64,000 nt of DNA from Selaginella moellendorffii (taxonomy: Eukaryota > Plantae > Lycopodiophyta): assembly GCF_000143415.4 (NCBI RefSeq), contig NW_003314287.1, positions 1,447,514 to 1,511,513 of the forward strand, in the 5' to 3' direction. The translations under genes were made by a program, and so were the position numbers. The notes beneath the pieces were generated by a model. The model made no database searches. It saw only the letters and a program-made list of their open reading frames with translations, and was not told the DNA's origin. Below, one piece after another: positions 23,774-39,664 of the stretch (positions are counted from its first letter, which is position 1; the number at the start of each line of letters is the position of its first letter).

Positions 23774-25786
23774 TCACGCTGCTGCTTCCAGATTCACGGC
23801 AGAAGTCGCAGGTTTACTTCCAAACAGGCTGGTGAATAGTTTTGTAGCCATAGGTGGTAGTACCATCGGTTCAGGAACCATGAAATTTACCAGTGGCTCA
23901 TGGACAGTGTATCTACACAAAAAATCAAAGTTTGAGATGACCAAAGTGAGAAACCAAACTCTCTCGCTTGCCTTATCTTTCGGCCTTTAGAAGCGCGACG
24001 ATCTACGTTTTTCCTTTTCTTGCTCCGGAGCTTTCGAACTGCGTCATGGTCTACACAAGGTACAAGCACAATCAGAACATTCTCACTAGAGAAAAAGCTT
24101 CTTACCGAGGCCAGTGGGATTTGAAGACTCGAGAAATTCACGTAAAAGCTGCTGATAGAACTCGGAATCATCAAGCACCTTAATTTCATTAGTCTTTGTT
24201 TCCATATCGTTTGTGTCCGTCTGGAAAAAGTTGATAAGCCTAAAAGACTGTAAAGAACGAGCAAAGATGAAAAACCTGTGTTTTCGAAGGTTCGGAGCGC
24301 ATCATTCTTGCTATGAACCGCGGCGTGTCCTTCATTGCTGCTGCTACTTGTTGTGAAATACTCTGTAAAGACGTAAAAGGCCGTGTGAATTAAAAAAATA
24401 AAAAAAAAAAGCCAGAACGTTTAAACCTGGTTGAAAGCTTTTAACTTCGATCGCGATGCCGCAGCGCCTGAAGATATTTGAGTCTTTCTGTGCCATCTAT
24501 CGACCGTACGATCTCTATACGGAATAAGCCTGCAATACATGTCTAGTGTCATCAGCTCGTAAAGCAAGAGCTCAATTACCTTGAATACGAGTTGCTTAAT
24601 CTTTGCCAAGCTGAGTCCAGGCTATCTGAGACGCTATGGATTTCCTGTTCCACGTCCGAATCTGTAACAAGATAAGTTAATCTGCTCACCGTAAAAGAAA
24701 AATAATTCGAAACCTTTTCTGTAAGCATCGAGTGCCTCCCGGTTTTGTTCCAGCAATGCCTGCAGGACCACAATTTAAGCGCTAGAAAAGCATCAACCAT
24801 CACTATACGTTTTCTAGATCCAGAAGCGAATCAAGGGTCTGCAAGGCCGCCGCTTTCAGCGTTTGTTGTGCTTCGCTTGGGCTCGACGCTTCCTCCTGTC
24901 AAGCTTCCTTTCATACCATAAAAAGAAATACGGAAAAAGAAGCGTCACCTGTGGTAGCAGATTGGATCCTGCAACTATCTTCTGCAACGCAATTCGCATA
25001 TGCAAAGCGCTGCCCCACAATTCCTGCCAGGCCATTTCTCTTGAAATCATCCCATTGTCAAAATCATGACACATACCATCTGGTTTTTCACTGCTCGGCC
25101 TTTCCGTATATCCACATCATTCTGTCCTCTCAAGCTCTTCAACATCTCTCTGAAAGGACGTAAAAGAACACCAAACGTGGTTAAAGGACGAAGGATGACG
25201 ATACGACGCACTCACTGTTCTTCTTTATTAAGATCTTCGTATTCCTTGTTGACGGCTTCAAAATCGTCATCAAGAACCTGCTCCAACATCAAAGCTCAAA
25301 AAATTGGCGTTAGAGGTGCAAAAAAACTAAATCACATTCCTTACGTTCTTTTCTACTTGTTTTTCGTCGTCGTCCTCCTCCTCACTGAAAGCTGGTTGTA
25401 GATCATCCCGATCGTGAAAATCGTCGTCACTGATCCCATCAAAAGCATCCTTTCTGCTGCTCTTGCGACCGGAATACTCCTTCCCTTCAAGTGATATATC
25501 TGGCCTCAACCGGAGCCTTCCATCCCTGAAAACGAGAGAAAAAAAAAAATGATCGTCGGAAAAAAAACTCATTGTCCTATCACTCACGATTTCGAAAAGG
25601 TTTCCACTTCATCCGGGCCATCAGAGCTTTGCTCCTGGAGCAAATGCTGCGTCTCTTGCCCGAATCCCGCCTCCTCATCTACAAACTCCAGTCACAAACA
25701 CCGCATTCTTCCAAGAATCACGTACCGTCCCAGGAATCCTCGTCCGAATCCGATGCCACGGCCTTCGCCTTCGCCTTCGCAGGCAT
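23774..25786 (-). CDS. AATF: AATF/Bfr2 (TRAUB domain) rRNA-processing protein (multi-exon)
   Basis: Acidic N-terminus; LHMRIALQK; C-terminal KKRKNVDRRASKGRKIR|YTVHEPLVNFMVP TRAUB signature. Confidence 0.85.
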
Positions 25787-25839
25787 CGCGCGATAAACCC
25801 TAACCCTAATTTTTGCAAAACAAAAAACCTGTAAGTGAA

Positions 25840-25920
25840 AGCGATTCGAACCCGCGCAAAAATAAAAGCTTGTCAGATTTCCAGTCTGATGCTCTATCCA
25901 ATTCAACCTCAACGAGATCC
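25840..25920 (-). ncRNA. tRNA-like unit A (loop GGA), internal oligo-T
   Basis: TGGATAGAGC-ATCAGA CTGGAAA TCTGA-...TTTTATTTTT...GGTTCGAATC. Confidence 0.5.
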
Positions 25921-26002
25921 CTGACACACTATGCCAGAAATCTCTAATGGTTTTTCCCCCCTCCACCATATAATTTTAAAAGATTTGATCCATGGGACAG
26001 AG

Positions 26003-26089
26003 CCACTGCCGGGTTTCGAACCTGAGAAAAAGATATACCCGCCAGATTTTCAGTCTGGTGCTCTATCCAACTAAGCCTCGGTGTGATCC
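26003..26089 (-). ncRNA. tRNA-Phe-like unit B (loop GAA), internal oligo-T
   Basis: GGCTTAGTTGGATAGAGC-ACCAGA CTGAAAA TCTGG-...TTTTT...GGTTCGAAAC; TATA-like element ~25-30 nt upstream. Confidence 0.55.
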
Positions 26090-26134
26090 TTTGTTCCCAA
26101 TCCTCCACACGTTTATAATATGGTGTGTACTCGT

Positions 26135-26216
26135 AGCTGCGATTCGAACCTGGAAAAAAGAAATGCAGGTCAGATTTTCAGTCTGATGCTCTATCCAACT
26201 CCACTCCAATGTGGCC
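26135..26216 (-). ncRNA. tRNA-Phe-like unit C (loop GAA), internal oligo-T
   Basis: AGTTGGATAGAGC-ATCAGA CTGAAAA TCTGA-...TTTTTT CCAGGTTCGAATC. Confidence 0.55.
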
Positions 26217-26309
26217 GCTTGATATTATGTTTCTGTACTCCATGTATATGTTGAAATCATTCTTTTCTTTGTACCATACAATGATTTGAAATGCACAAAC
26301 TATTGACAT

Positions 26310-26387
26310 GGTTTGAGTGAGTGAAGCTTCGGCTGAGATGTCAGACTTAAAATCTGCCAGAACCTTTTGTTTCAGGTTCAAGTCCCT
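26310..26387 (+). ncRNA. Divergent tRNA-like unit D (loop TAA), internal oligo-T
   Basis: TCAGA CTTAAAA TCTG...TTTTGTTTCAGGTTCAAGTCC. Confidence 0.4.
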
Positions 26388-27439
26388 CTCTCTCTCTCTC
26401 TTTCTCTCTTTGTGTCAGGCCTCTTTTTGACTCGAGTTCGAAACTCTTTTACAGCTATACACCTGTAAAGAATTGTCACTACTACACCTTTTGTTTGGTT
26501 ACTACCAGTTAAAGGCTGGCCCCAAGGATGTGATTTTGAGTTTTGGTCCAAAATATTGAAACATTATTAAAAAAATAGAAATTGGATGTTGTTGAAACTT
26601 GGCACCAAGAAGCAATCGTTCTCACTATTACTTCGATCTCCAAACCAGAATATCATTTCCATCCCAAAATCATTCAAATATATGCCCGCTTAATTCTGCA
26701 TTTCCCTGAATCCTGAATAGCCACACAGGGATATTTTCTGGAGAAAACGATTGACCTCGACCCGACGTTTCGATATACCACCCCGATTTTTCGGTCCCAT
26801 ATCCGATTTACTGCTAAACAATGCCACTAGGCAAGATGACATAAGCCGACTCCGATATAAATTACAGACGTATATCAGGAGTATACGGGTGGCCAGCTTT
26901 TAGGAAATAAATTCTTTTAAAAAAAACAAGAAAATAACAGGTCGTTTGCTAAGAGGTGACAACCCAATAACTGGTACAAGAGATCCAACCAGGAAGAAGA
27001 AGGCAAAGCGGCACTCTAATAAGCAAGGGGATGGATTCCCCTAAACAAAAACTAAACATAAAGATCCAATGTTCAATGCGCAGCCCATTTACAAGTTGAT
27101 ACTTGACAGTAAACTTGTGTGAGTTTGTGGAGATCTTTCTGGCTTCTGTGTCACTTTGTTCTTGGTACGACCCGAGCAAGAACCAAAGCCAGGAGTCACT
27201 TATTGATGCCATAAGCAACAACAGCAAGGAGATATTCCTTAGATAGTGGATGGAGCGTCAAGTACCTTACTTATCAGCAATCCAATCAATCAATCAATTA
27301 AGCCCTTCATATATTCAACGGGACAAAAAAGGTTAAAAAAGAAAAACATATTGTATTTTCATATAAAACTGGTTCTCATAGCTTTAGAAATTTTCCTGGC
27401 TGCTGTACAACAATGAAAAATAATAAATTCTGGAAGAGG

Positions 27440-29644
<2,205 letters not shown>

Positions 29645-32600
29645 TGAAATTCCCTCTCTTTCCTCTTGTTTGGAGTGCAGATTATCCTCCCCAAAGAGAA
29701 AAGGATCCCACCCTCTTATAGGGAGACTTGTTCTTGCATGACAAACCTTTTGCTGGTAGGCTAAGGACTCACAACAAGAACACACAGCCCAATACCAACA
29801 CCAATAGCAACTTGCTAGCTTGTTGGTAGATGCTGCAGCAACATCAGTGGAAAAAAAAACAGAGAGAGAGAAATAAGGGAAAACAAAGGTAAAATTCCTC
29901 CTTGGGATCAATCCCCTGAAAAAAGAAAGGAAAGATCCCAATCCCAAACAGGAGGAGGAGGAGAGAAGAGAACACTCGGTGTTTGAAACAAGCAGTGTAT
30001 ATAGGTATATGCACATATATATATAAGTGAACACTCACACACCCTCCTCCATTACCATGGGGGAGGATACCAGTTGAATCAACTAACAACCTAACAAAAG
30101 CAGTTGAGTAACTCGTCCCTTGCTCTGGTAACAACAATTATCCCTTTAGTTGGATTTGGGTTGGAAAAAAAAAAGAGGAATTTAAAGAAAATGGATAAAA
30201 TAACCAAAAAAATATCATTTATGTAACGATAATGTAAAAACGTGAATTTCCCGGGTATTGGGACACAAAACAGCAACAAGGCAGCAGTGCTGCAGCAGTT
30301 ACAGCTGCCACTCTGCATTGGCAACGATAACAACAGAACAGGCTTTGCGAAAGAGACGAGATAACGATAATGTCAAGTGAGGATTTTTGTGGCGGATAGT
30401 GGGGCAGGATATAACCCCTCCCCTCTGCAGAGGAGGAATTATCAAAAACCTCCCCTGCAGCACGTGGATCTTGCACAAAGCTGCGAGGGTTTGCGAGAGG
30501 GTTAATTCATAGTACGTGGAAGAGGTGGTGAATGTATCGCCACACCTTTCAACCTGGGCGAAATCTTTCCCAGAAAAGTGTAGCATGGAATGCATTTCTC
30601 GTAATAAAATACGAACAGAATAAATTGTGGTGAATGTTTGGCGGGTGAATTCTTCTCTCGGAGCTTCTTTTGTCTTGGAGTGGGTCGTATTGTTTCCTTT
30701 TTCTTGTCTACCACCTTTCCCCCTTGTTCTTGTTCTCCTTCTGCTTCTCCCTTCTTGGTTTGCGGAGGAGAGAGCTTGATTGGATTGATTGGTGGGTGGC
30801 GGTGTGGTGGCAGTACGTCTACGCGCCGCCGAATGCCTTCCTTGCAGTGATCTCATCCCTGCAAACGTCACGAAACAACGCGATGCAAGCGATCAATTGC
30901 CCAAAAAGAGAAAGAAAAGATCCCACAGTTTCGAAAGCCCGAAAAACTAACTCTCTTTCTTTTCCTTTACATAGCAAACAACTTTGGCCCCGGGCGGCGG
31001 CGGAATTTCCACAACCTTTTCACGTGAAAGAAATCTCGCCTCATTGTAGAGCGCGTCCTGCGTAAACAAAGCGAAATATTTTATGCTCTGATTCGAATCC
31101 GTGGAGATAACGTAGATTATTGCTGGCTGTGCATGGCTAGGAATTACAGCTCTTCATGTCTCTCCGCTGTAGTTGACTGGGGTAACACAGCGGTGCATGC
31201 GCGACACAAGACCATCAAAGTCTAAACCAAATCAAATAAAAACTCCATCAAGCACCGAGGACAGGGATCGAACGAAATGCCGCAAAATTCCCTATGTGCC
31301 TGCCTCGAGCTGTGGATGATCATCGTTTTAACTTCTCGATGCTCTGCTCGATCGATGTTGCCGTGTCGTGTCCCTTGCCTGGAAACAGGAAGTGGAAAGC
31401 GGACAAATGCAGGATCCCAGCGCAGATCTCATTTGTTCAGACATGAGATCACCATATCCTCCTCATATCTTCCACGCAATTAGGAGGACAAAACGCAGAG
31501 GGGACCCAACCAATGACCATTTGCCAAGGCGGGCACGCAGACGACAAGGCGTGCTTCCACAATACCACCCCATACACACGCCAACGATCGTCCTTTTCCA
31601 TTATTTCTTTCTCATTCTTCCATCCTCTTATACGATGTTACGAACAAGACGCCTTTGCTTTTGTGGCATGGACAACGAATATAATGAGAGGAGAGGTCCG
31701 GGTTTATTTGACTTGCGTGCAAGGAACATTCCTGTGGGGTGTGTGTCACACTGGTCAAAGTCTAAGATCCCCTGTTCGAGCACTTACTCTTCCCTAAAGT
31801 TCCAGAGATTTTGCATGTAACCACAGCAAAAAGTTTTAAAAAACATGGTCTTATGTGTGTGGATGGCATTTATGCGCAGGAGGACGCAAGAAAAGCAGGC
31901 CATGCTTCTTTGTTCTTTGCTTTTTCCTATTCAAATATTTGTTCCTGGGAACATCTGCATACCTCACCTATTGATTGGATGAATGAATTGTTTGGGACTC
32001 AAGTTGGCCCCCCAGTGAATAATGTCCAAGGTCAATGTTTCGAAGATACCACCAGTCAACGAGAGAAAAAGAAAAAAGGAACTGTTATAGTTTACTAGTG
32101 CATAGTGAGGTGGCCTTTTTAGCAGCGAAGGCCAGGAGCCAGTCAATGGTCTCCACGTGAATGCCCTCTGTTGGTGCTGGTGGTACACACAATAAGGAAC
32201 AACCGGAAACTCGCCACCACCTTTCTTTTCTTCTTTCTTATCTCCGTAACTAGAATGATGAATATGCCCGTCTCCCAATTTTGAGAGAGATAGTTTGCTG
32301 TTGGCTGGCTCTGTGTGTTTGCCGAGAGACAGGACACGCAAACAAACGCCCAGCACACATACGCATGAACATGAGCGGATTTTCGTTTCTAGATTTCCTT
32401 TATCTCTTTGTTTTGTTTGGCTTTGTTTTTAGTCTCCGTTGTCTATGAGGTACTATCCCCAGGACGATTGCATGAAAAGGAGAGATTGGGGTGGCTCCAT
32501 CCAAGCCCAGAAGTTTGGACTAGTCCTACTACTACTACCTAGGACTTCTTTCAGGGGCATCGAGCAAATGTGTATGAGCTGTTTCGCCATGACTTGTTGG

Positions 32601-32934
32601 CTCCCAGTGAAGAATACGATGTCACCACTTTATATATTGTGTTGGGCAGCGCAGCGCAGAAGGCCAGAAGGCCAGCACAACAGTAACAGCAACAGCTTTT
32701 GCCCTCTCCTTCTTCCCCCGCCGCCACCCAAAAACCCAAAGGACAAAGGATACCAAGGGATCTGATATTGAGGTTTGCGCATTTTCATAGCTTGTCCATC
32801 AGACTCAAGTGCTTAAAATAACAAAACCAGTTAATTGGTACCCCTTAACGGTACTTGGTAATAATTGTGCTTTAATCGGAGCCCTAAAAGGTTAAAACCC
32901 TAGGTACCTTGCCTTAAACCCTAGCTACACAGCG

Positions 32935-33848
32935 ATGGTGGTCAAGTGGTGAGTGCTTGCGCAATGGCGCATGTGAATGGGCTCACAGAGCGTTTGCTTG
33001 GATTCTAGGGTTCTTCACTGGCAGCCGTCGGCGGGCGCTCAGGTGACGAGCCAGACGCTGGTGGATTTGTTCCGGAGCATCGAGAGCATGAATGGCGTGC
33101 GCACCGGGCGGTGGCAGATCACCGCCGCGCAGCACCGGCCTTTCACTCGAGGTATGTAGGTTCGTGGGACCGTGCGCTTGAGCGAGCAAGTCGGATTGAT
33201 TTGGAGCGCACTGCGCTGCGCTTGGCACAGACCAGGCCATGGCGATCGACTGCGCAAAGGAGCTCCTGGGTGTGGCGTTTAGCGAATTTGCAAGCAAGCA
33301 CTACTTCGTGCTACGCGCCGAGCGAATGGTCGTGGAGGCCGACTCGAGCATCCAGGCCATCATGGAAAAGCTCCAAGTTTACAGGAACAGGCTTTCCATG
33401 GTCTTCGAGGTGGAAAGACACTATTTTTTTTCTTGGATTTCCCGTTCACGATCGTTCTTTTCGTTTCCGTGGCAGGGATTTCAATACCAGCTCGGTGATT
33501 TCCAGCTCAAAGCCGGCCGAGCAGTGCTGTCACAGGCAGAAAATCTCCGAGGCATTGTCCTCGAGGTATATTTTCTTCTCCTCTCTGGAACTCGTACAGA
33601 TAGTTCTAAAGTTTGCACAGGTTGAGTACTCGCCGGTTTCGTCGATCGAGAAAACACGGCAGATGATGCAAGAGTTCGTGGATCTCTGGCAAGAGGCGAT
33701 CTCAGCACAGTCCATGAGTGGACGTATCTCGCTCCTAGAACCAAATTTTGCCGAGTACGCGCTCTCAGATACTTATACTTGGCAGCACACTGCACTGCAG
33801 TACATTTTTTTGTTTGCTTACTTCCTGTCACAATCCCAAAGAGCATGA
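32935..33848 (+). CDS. MED20: Mediator subunit 20 (multi-exon)
   Basis: MVVKW|VLHWQP...; ELLGVAFSE; MVVEADSSIQAIMEKL; GFQYQLGDFQLKAG; RGIVLEVEY; HTALQY. Confidence 0.88.
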
Positions 33849-34099
33849 TCGCAATCAACACATCTCTCTTCTAGTTCGAGGTGATTTTCTTTCCTGCTGT
33901 CCAAGTATTAACATATATCGCTCCAGAACATGTATGTTAGTTAGAGGTTAGACAAAGCAATGTAAGGGGTATCATCTGATAGACTAGCTAGACGCTACAT
34001 CCACACACAAAGAGAAAGAATTTGCAACTGGTTAATGTTCTCAATGCATCCTGGAATCCTGATCATCTTAAACAGGAGGTCAAATCATTTAAGGTTAGT

Positions 34100-37080
34100 G
34101 TTTGCAAAATTCTTGTTTCTGCTGATTATGACATTTTTTTAATACAATTATTGAAAATTTTATTATCAATGTCACATTTAATAGATTTTCAAATGTTAAA
34201 ATTTAACTTTGTGAGGGCCAAGTGTACGGCTACAATGCCGTATATTAATATTAGTGTAGTGGGATTTTGGTAGTCATCGGATTAATAACAATCCAGATTA
34301 TTCACTCCCGTATATAAGTTAGGGTTTTTGGGCTAATTGATATACACTTTTTCCGTATTCTCTTTCCATATTCCAAGCACTCATAACTTATACCTAAATA
34401 GTTTTATTATAAAATAAAAAAAATTAACTATAAAATATAATTTATTAAATCATAACACATATAAAAATGTAAAAAAAAAATTTTTTTAGTTAAATAGAGA
34501 ATGCTTTTTACCATATTGGCATTATAATCTCCTTTAAGAATCACTCATAGAAGCTACACACTATACAAACTCAAGCAAAAGTTGTGCTTGATATTAGGAA
34601 ACTAGCATGAGATAGGTTAAATGCTAAGGGCACTCACTAAACCCTAAGTACAAATTATATATATGTATCAAAAGAATATACTGATTTTCACATATAGTGC
34701 TCTCTATTGGGAAATTCATCTCAACACTAGTATGGAGAGATAGTATAGATAGTATATGTCCAAAGGATAATAGGATGACCACAAGGAAACACTAGTGGTA
34801 TAAGCATAGCCATAGTAAATTTATTTTCTAGCAATTTCAAGCACTCTAGAAAATAAATATTTAGCAAACAATTTTTAAATGGATCTAAGAATATATCATT
34901 GTGTTTTTTCTTGTGATATGTACTTTGTTTTCTATATTATAGAGCATTTTAGATAATGTGAAATTATACTAGGTATGTATTAGCAAAGTCTAATCATAGC
35001 TCATTTCTAGGATATCATGCTGCAACTTTCATATATCTATTCTAAAGATTGGATATGAGTAAGCAATTTTAAAAACACTTGAAATAATTAATGGATGCAA
35101 GATTTCTCAAAAAATTATGTACAAAACAAGAATAAGAAACATACATTTCCTTTTAACATTAACTAATGAACTATGTGATATTTAAATCTAAATATAACAT
35201 ATTTGATGATCATATAATTATCAATAGACACATGGGCTGATGAACTCAATACAGTGATGAAGCTCCATCCAAACTACTATCACCTTGAGCTTTAAAAAAA
35301 TTTTAAAATACAATAATATTAATAAAATAGAAAGGAAACCAATAAGGTTAGAGGCCTATTGATCTGATTTATGGCTACCTATATACCAATTAAAAATCCA
35401 TACCTTTTGTTATGAAATCACTTGCTCTTTTGTTTACTTCCAATTAAAGAATTGTCTATAGATCAATTGTTATTCAATTGTAACTACCATTTTTTTTTGT
35501 TATACAACTGTTTCACCAATATTAGCCTCAAATACACTACCAACTTTCATCTCTAGAAGATCAAACTTAGAGATACTATTGGTAAGGTATTGGAGATATG
35601 CTTCTCTTATATAAGACATTTGCAACTAAATATCCATAACACATTATAAATTTTAGGGTATTTGTTCTGAACTAGAGAATTATCTCCTTGTTCAGCATTT
35701 TTAACTCTAATCTTAGTCATTCTAAGCTCTTGCACCATTACAATAAATCCAGCTATAGTCCTTTGACAATATAGTTAATCATCTATAATTTCCTTTAGAT
35801 TGGCCCCTCCCTTTAAAAGAGCACATATGATGCAATTCATGTGCTGCAATGGGCCTCTCATCCTCTTAACTTGGGTGTGTTGCCCATGATTATGACTAAC
35901 TCGATTAATAGATTGTTTAATGAGTGTTAAATTTCTCCTTGCCAAGAGGTCTGACCAAATAGCAACAGTAGAAACATTGGAATCAAGAAGAGTCTATTTG
36001 TATCACAAGATCTTGATGTTACAAGAGATGAAATGGTTATTTGAGCATTTAATAAAACTTTAATAGAACTTTTGGTGGGATTCTAGCAATCTAAAAAGAT
36101 GTGGAGTAGAGGGGCTTATTAAATACTTTCAATATCATTCCTCCTTATTAACTTGTTAAAGAATAGATATGGCATGTTAAAAACAAATATAAACTCATTT
36201 TAAATTTTTTTTTCCCTTTTTTAGGATCTTGTGTTCCCATTCTGTTTCTTTTTCCATTTTTCAGTCAAATCCTTTATCATGGGAAAGTCAATCTAGAAAG
36301 CCCTAAAATAGCCTAGTAAATGGAAGTTTATTAAGGCTATTGCTAGAATGGTTTTCTATACATGATTTGGGCCTATAAGGATATCAAGAAAGCAATATTG
36401 ATAATTATGCCTTATTAAGCCTCCTCCCTAGGTATATGAGACAAAAGAGTAAAGGGACTAAGAGTGTAGATTAAGTTGTTCTATGTATAATAGTCTCATC
36501 AATTGGGTGCTAAACCCAAAAAATATATTATATTCAAGAGTTCTACATATTGACTTTAGACATGCAACTTACTTAATCTTTACTTCTTTAAAGATATTGT
36601 GATATTTGATATAGTTCTCACAACTTTATTAAAAAAAAGTTGGTAATCTTTATTATACTACAAAATCTAAAGGGTATGACACAGCTTTGTGAAATTAAAT
36701 GCATTAGTAAATTTATGCCTTAACCATTTGCATACTATCAAACATTGTGTAATATATTATGTATCATCCACTTTTAAAAAGATGAACTATATTTTTGCTT
36801 TTAAAAAAATTAAAAATTTAATTTAAATTGCAACTGAAATGTAGTTTTTGGAAAAGTAACTTTCAATAAATTTTTTTTATACCTTTTATATGAAATAAAA
36901 AAGTAAAATACATAATTTCATATATTATTTTATATAATACATGTATATATATTTTTATACATATAAAAGAATATTCCTGACTATTTTAAATGCTTAGTGG
37001 GGAAGGAGATTGGGGAAAAAAATGTTATTTTTGTCCATTATACTATTAGTAAAATAGTATTTTAGTGAAAGAGTTACTAT
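34100..37080. other. AT-rich, CpG-depleted DNA, probably decayed transposon sequence
   Basis: No ORFs and very few CpG; no family identified. Confidence 0.35.
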
Positions 37081-37089
37081 TGTACAAAA

Positions 37090-39664
37090 AAATAAAAAGG
37101 CTCCTATAAATAGTCATATTTGTTTATCCACAAGATATTTACCACTACTTTGATAATCATTAATTCTTTGATATAAATGTTTGTTATATATATGGTACAT
37201 AAATTGGTATATTTCATCCCACAAGAGATAAAGACTGCTTGAGATCATATAAGTCCACCAGTCATGAACACTAGCAAGTGGTCCTTTTAAAATTGTAGCA
37301 ATGGCAACTTATTACTTTGTGAAGAGATGAATTTCACAAATTTTAATTTCATCAAGATTTGGGGCATGCAAGCTATAAGGAGTTGTCTTCACTTGGTTAA
37401 TTTTGGTTAGTGTCATGGCATCTTTGTGATTCACATATGGAAGATACAGTGGGTGACATTTGTAGAGAACAAGCTTTGTTGGTTTGGTGCTTGTCTTTTG
37501 CTTGACTACCAGATAAATGTTATAACCCTTTAAGCCTAAAAGCTGATTGGAGTGGAGAATATCACTAACACCTATGCTCAATATAATAGTCATATCCTTG
37601 CTTGCTCCCACAAGTAGTGCACCACCCCCACATATTTTTGTAAACTGAAGAAGAATATACAAAAACTAAATGAACTATAAGCAAGAGGCAATGGAGGGAG
37701 GAGAGTATGCACCTTGTAATTTATAACTTTGTTGCTATGACTCCCCTATATTAAGTTGTTGTGAGGTTTTACTTCTTTTGAAAAGACCTATAGAGAACCA
37801 AAGCCCTTAAGTTCTCTTTATCATTTGATAATTAAAGGAAAAGCTTGTAGTTGCGGCAAAAGGAAAGTCTGGGTTGTGAATAAGTACTATAATGACATAT
37901 AGGAAATCACTATGGATGAGAAGTTTGAGCTTGATACACACAAGACATCACTACTCTAGGTAAATCTCTTGAAACTACTACTATTTCATGAATAATATAA
38001 ATAAGGAAGTGTGTGTATGGTGTCTATTGTGCTAGAGTGCTGCATAGTAACTATATAAATGTCTGAGTTCTTACAATATCAAAATAAAAGCATTGGTATT
38101 TGTGCTAAATTATTTCATCTTTTGTTTTAGTCTAAACTATTAACTGATGTTATGTTCACATATGATGGATTCAGTCAATGCTTCAAGGCTTTCCTTTCCT
38201 TTTTCTGCCTCCTATGCCTGGTTTTGAGCCTCTAGTACTTGTTCTTTTACTGATGGAGTTTCTTGTAAAGTTCATAAGAGAGAGAGAGAGAGAGAGCATC
38301 ACAAGTACACATAGCAGCTATTGTTGTTAATGGTTGTTTCAATGAAATAAGTTTTTTTTTTTCACTTCTATACCATGTAATTAGACTTGTAGCATATGCC
38401 ACTTACAGGCTTATCTCTTATATATAACCCACTACAAAGAGTATCCTTTTGTGATGCAAAGTATCTACAAATTCAATAAAGTTTCAAACAGTTTATCCTT
38501 TATTTTATTCCTGTGTGTAGGGAGAAGAAGAATTTGGTTTTAGGTGTAAGGGATTCTTTCAATAAGGAGATATAAATGGTGTATAAGTTTTTTTTATGGA
38601 TTCGTGGAATATAATGATTAGGCATATCAAGAATGGCTTCCTAAAGTTCTATACTATCACTATTTGCAAAGTTGACAATGCAAAGGTGTTTTTGAATGTG
38701 GACTCACATGATCACTGTATACAAGCTAGTAATCGTAAGAAGTGTGTCCAATCCTTTTATAGAATTTAGTCATAAATCTTAATAATGTCAGCAATATGCC
38801 TTAAGAGTTTAAATGAAGTACTAGAATGCATACTCCAAACTTAAGTAGGCAAAAATGAGGTTTGAAAAAATCTAAAAGAATAAAGTTTAAACTTGAAATT
38901 GAACTATGAAAACAAGAAAAAAAAATTAACAAATTCTTTTAGCTATAGGTTCTCAACCCTATAAATGGTCATATTTAATTATTCATGCACCACCCTCTGA
39001 TATAAATGTTGGTTGTGCATATTTATATTGGCATATCCATCCCACAAAAGATAGAGAGTGTGTGAAAGAATGCAAGGCCATTTGGTTATAAATGCAAGTA
39101 AATGGTCCTCTTGAAATTATAGTAATGGCAACTCATTGAAAATGAATTTTACAAATCTTAATTTCACCAAAGCTATAAATTGTAGAGTGCATGCTCTCCT
39201 CCCCCCACCACCTCTTACCTGTAGTTCTCTTGATTTTTATATATTCCTCTTCGGTCTGCAAAAATGTATGGGGTGGTGCACTGCATGTGAGAGTAAGCAA
39301 AGTTATAATTATTGTGTTGAGCATAAATGTTAGTAATGTTCTTAACTCTAATCAACTCCTGGGATCAAAAAGTTATGACTTTTATTTGGTGGTCAAGCTG
39401 AAGACAAGCACCAAGTCAACAAAGCTTGTTCTCTACAAATGTCACCCACCATATCCGCCATAAGTGAATCACAAGGATGCTATGACACTAATTGAAATTA
39501 GCCAAGTGAAGACAATTCCTTACGGCCTACATGCCCCAAATCTTTGTTGTTACAACTCCCATATTAGGTTGTTGTGAGGCTCTGCCTCTTTTTGAGATAA
39601 CTTATGGGGAACCAAAGCCCCCTAAGTTCTTTTTATCATTTGATAATCAAAGAAGAAGCTTGTG
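37090..39664. repeat. Older inverted copy of the 16.7-20.6 kb mosaic block; continues at 53050-53597
   Basis: 37730-38510 matches the reverse complement of ~16690-17400; 38510-38960 matches the reverse complement of ~20130-20570; module ORFs at 37312-37662 and 39191-39782. Confidence 0.8.

Noticed and set aside
25840-26387. Functional tRNA-Phe/Ser/Leu genes
   Set aside because: No acceptor stem, poor T stem and internal T-runs; reported as tRNA-like units instead.
29650-32900. Many short ORFs upstream of CKX
   Set aside because: Low-complexity, no recognisable domains; probably promoter or 5' UTR sequence.
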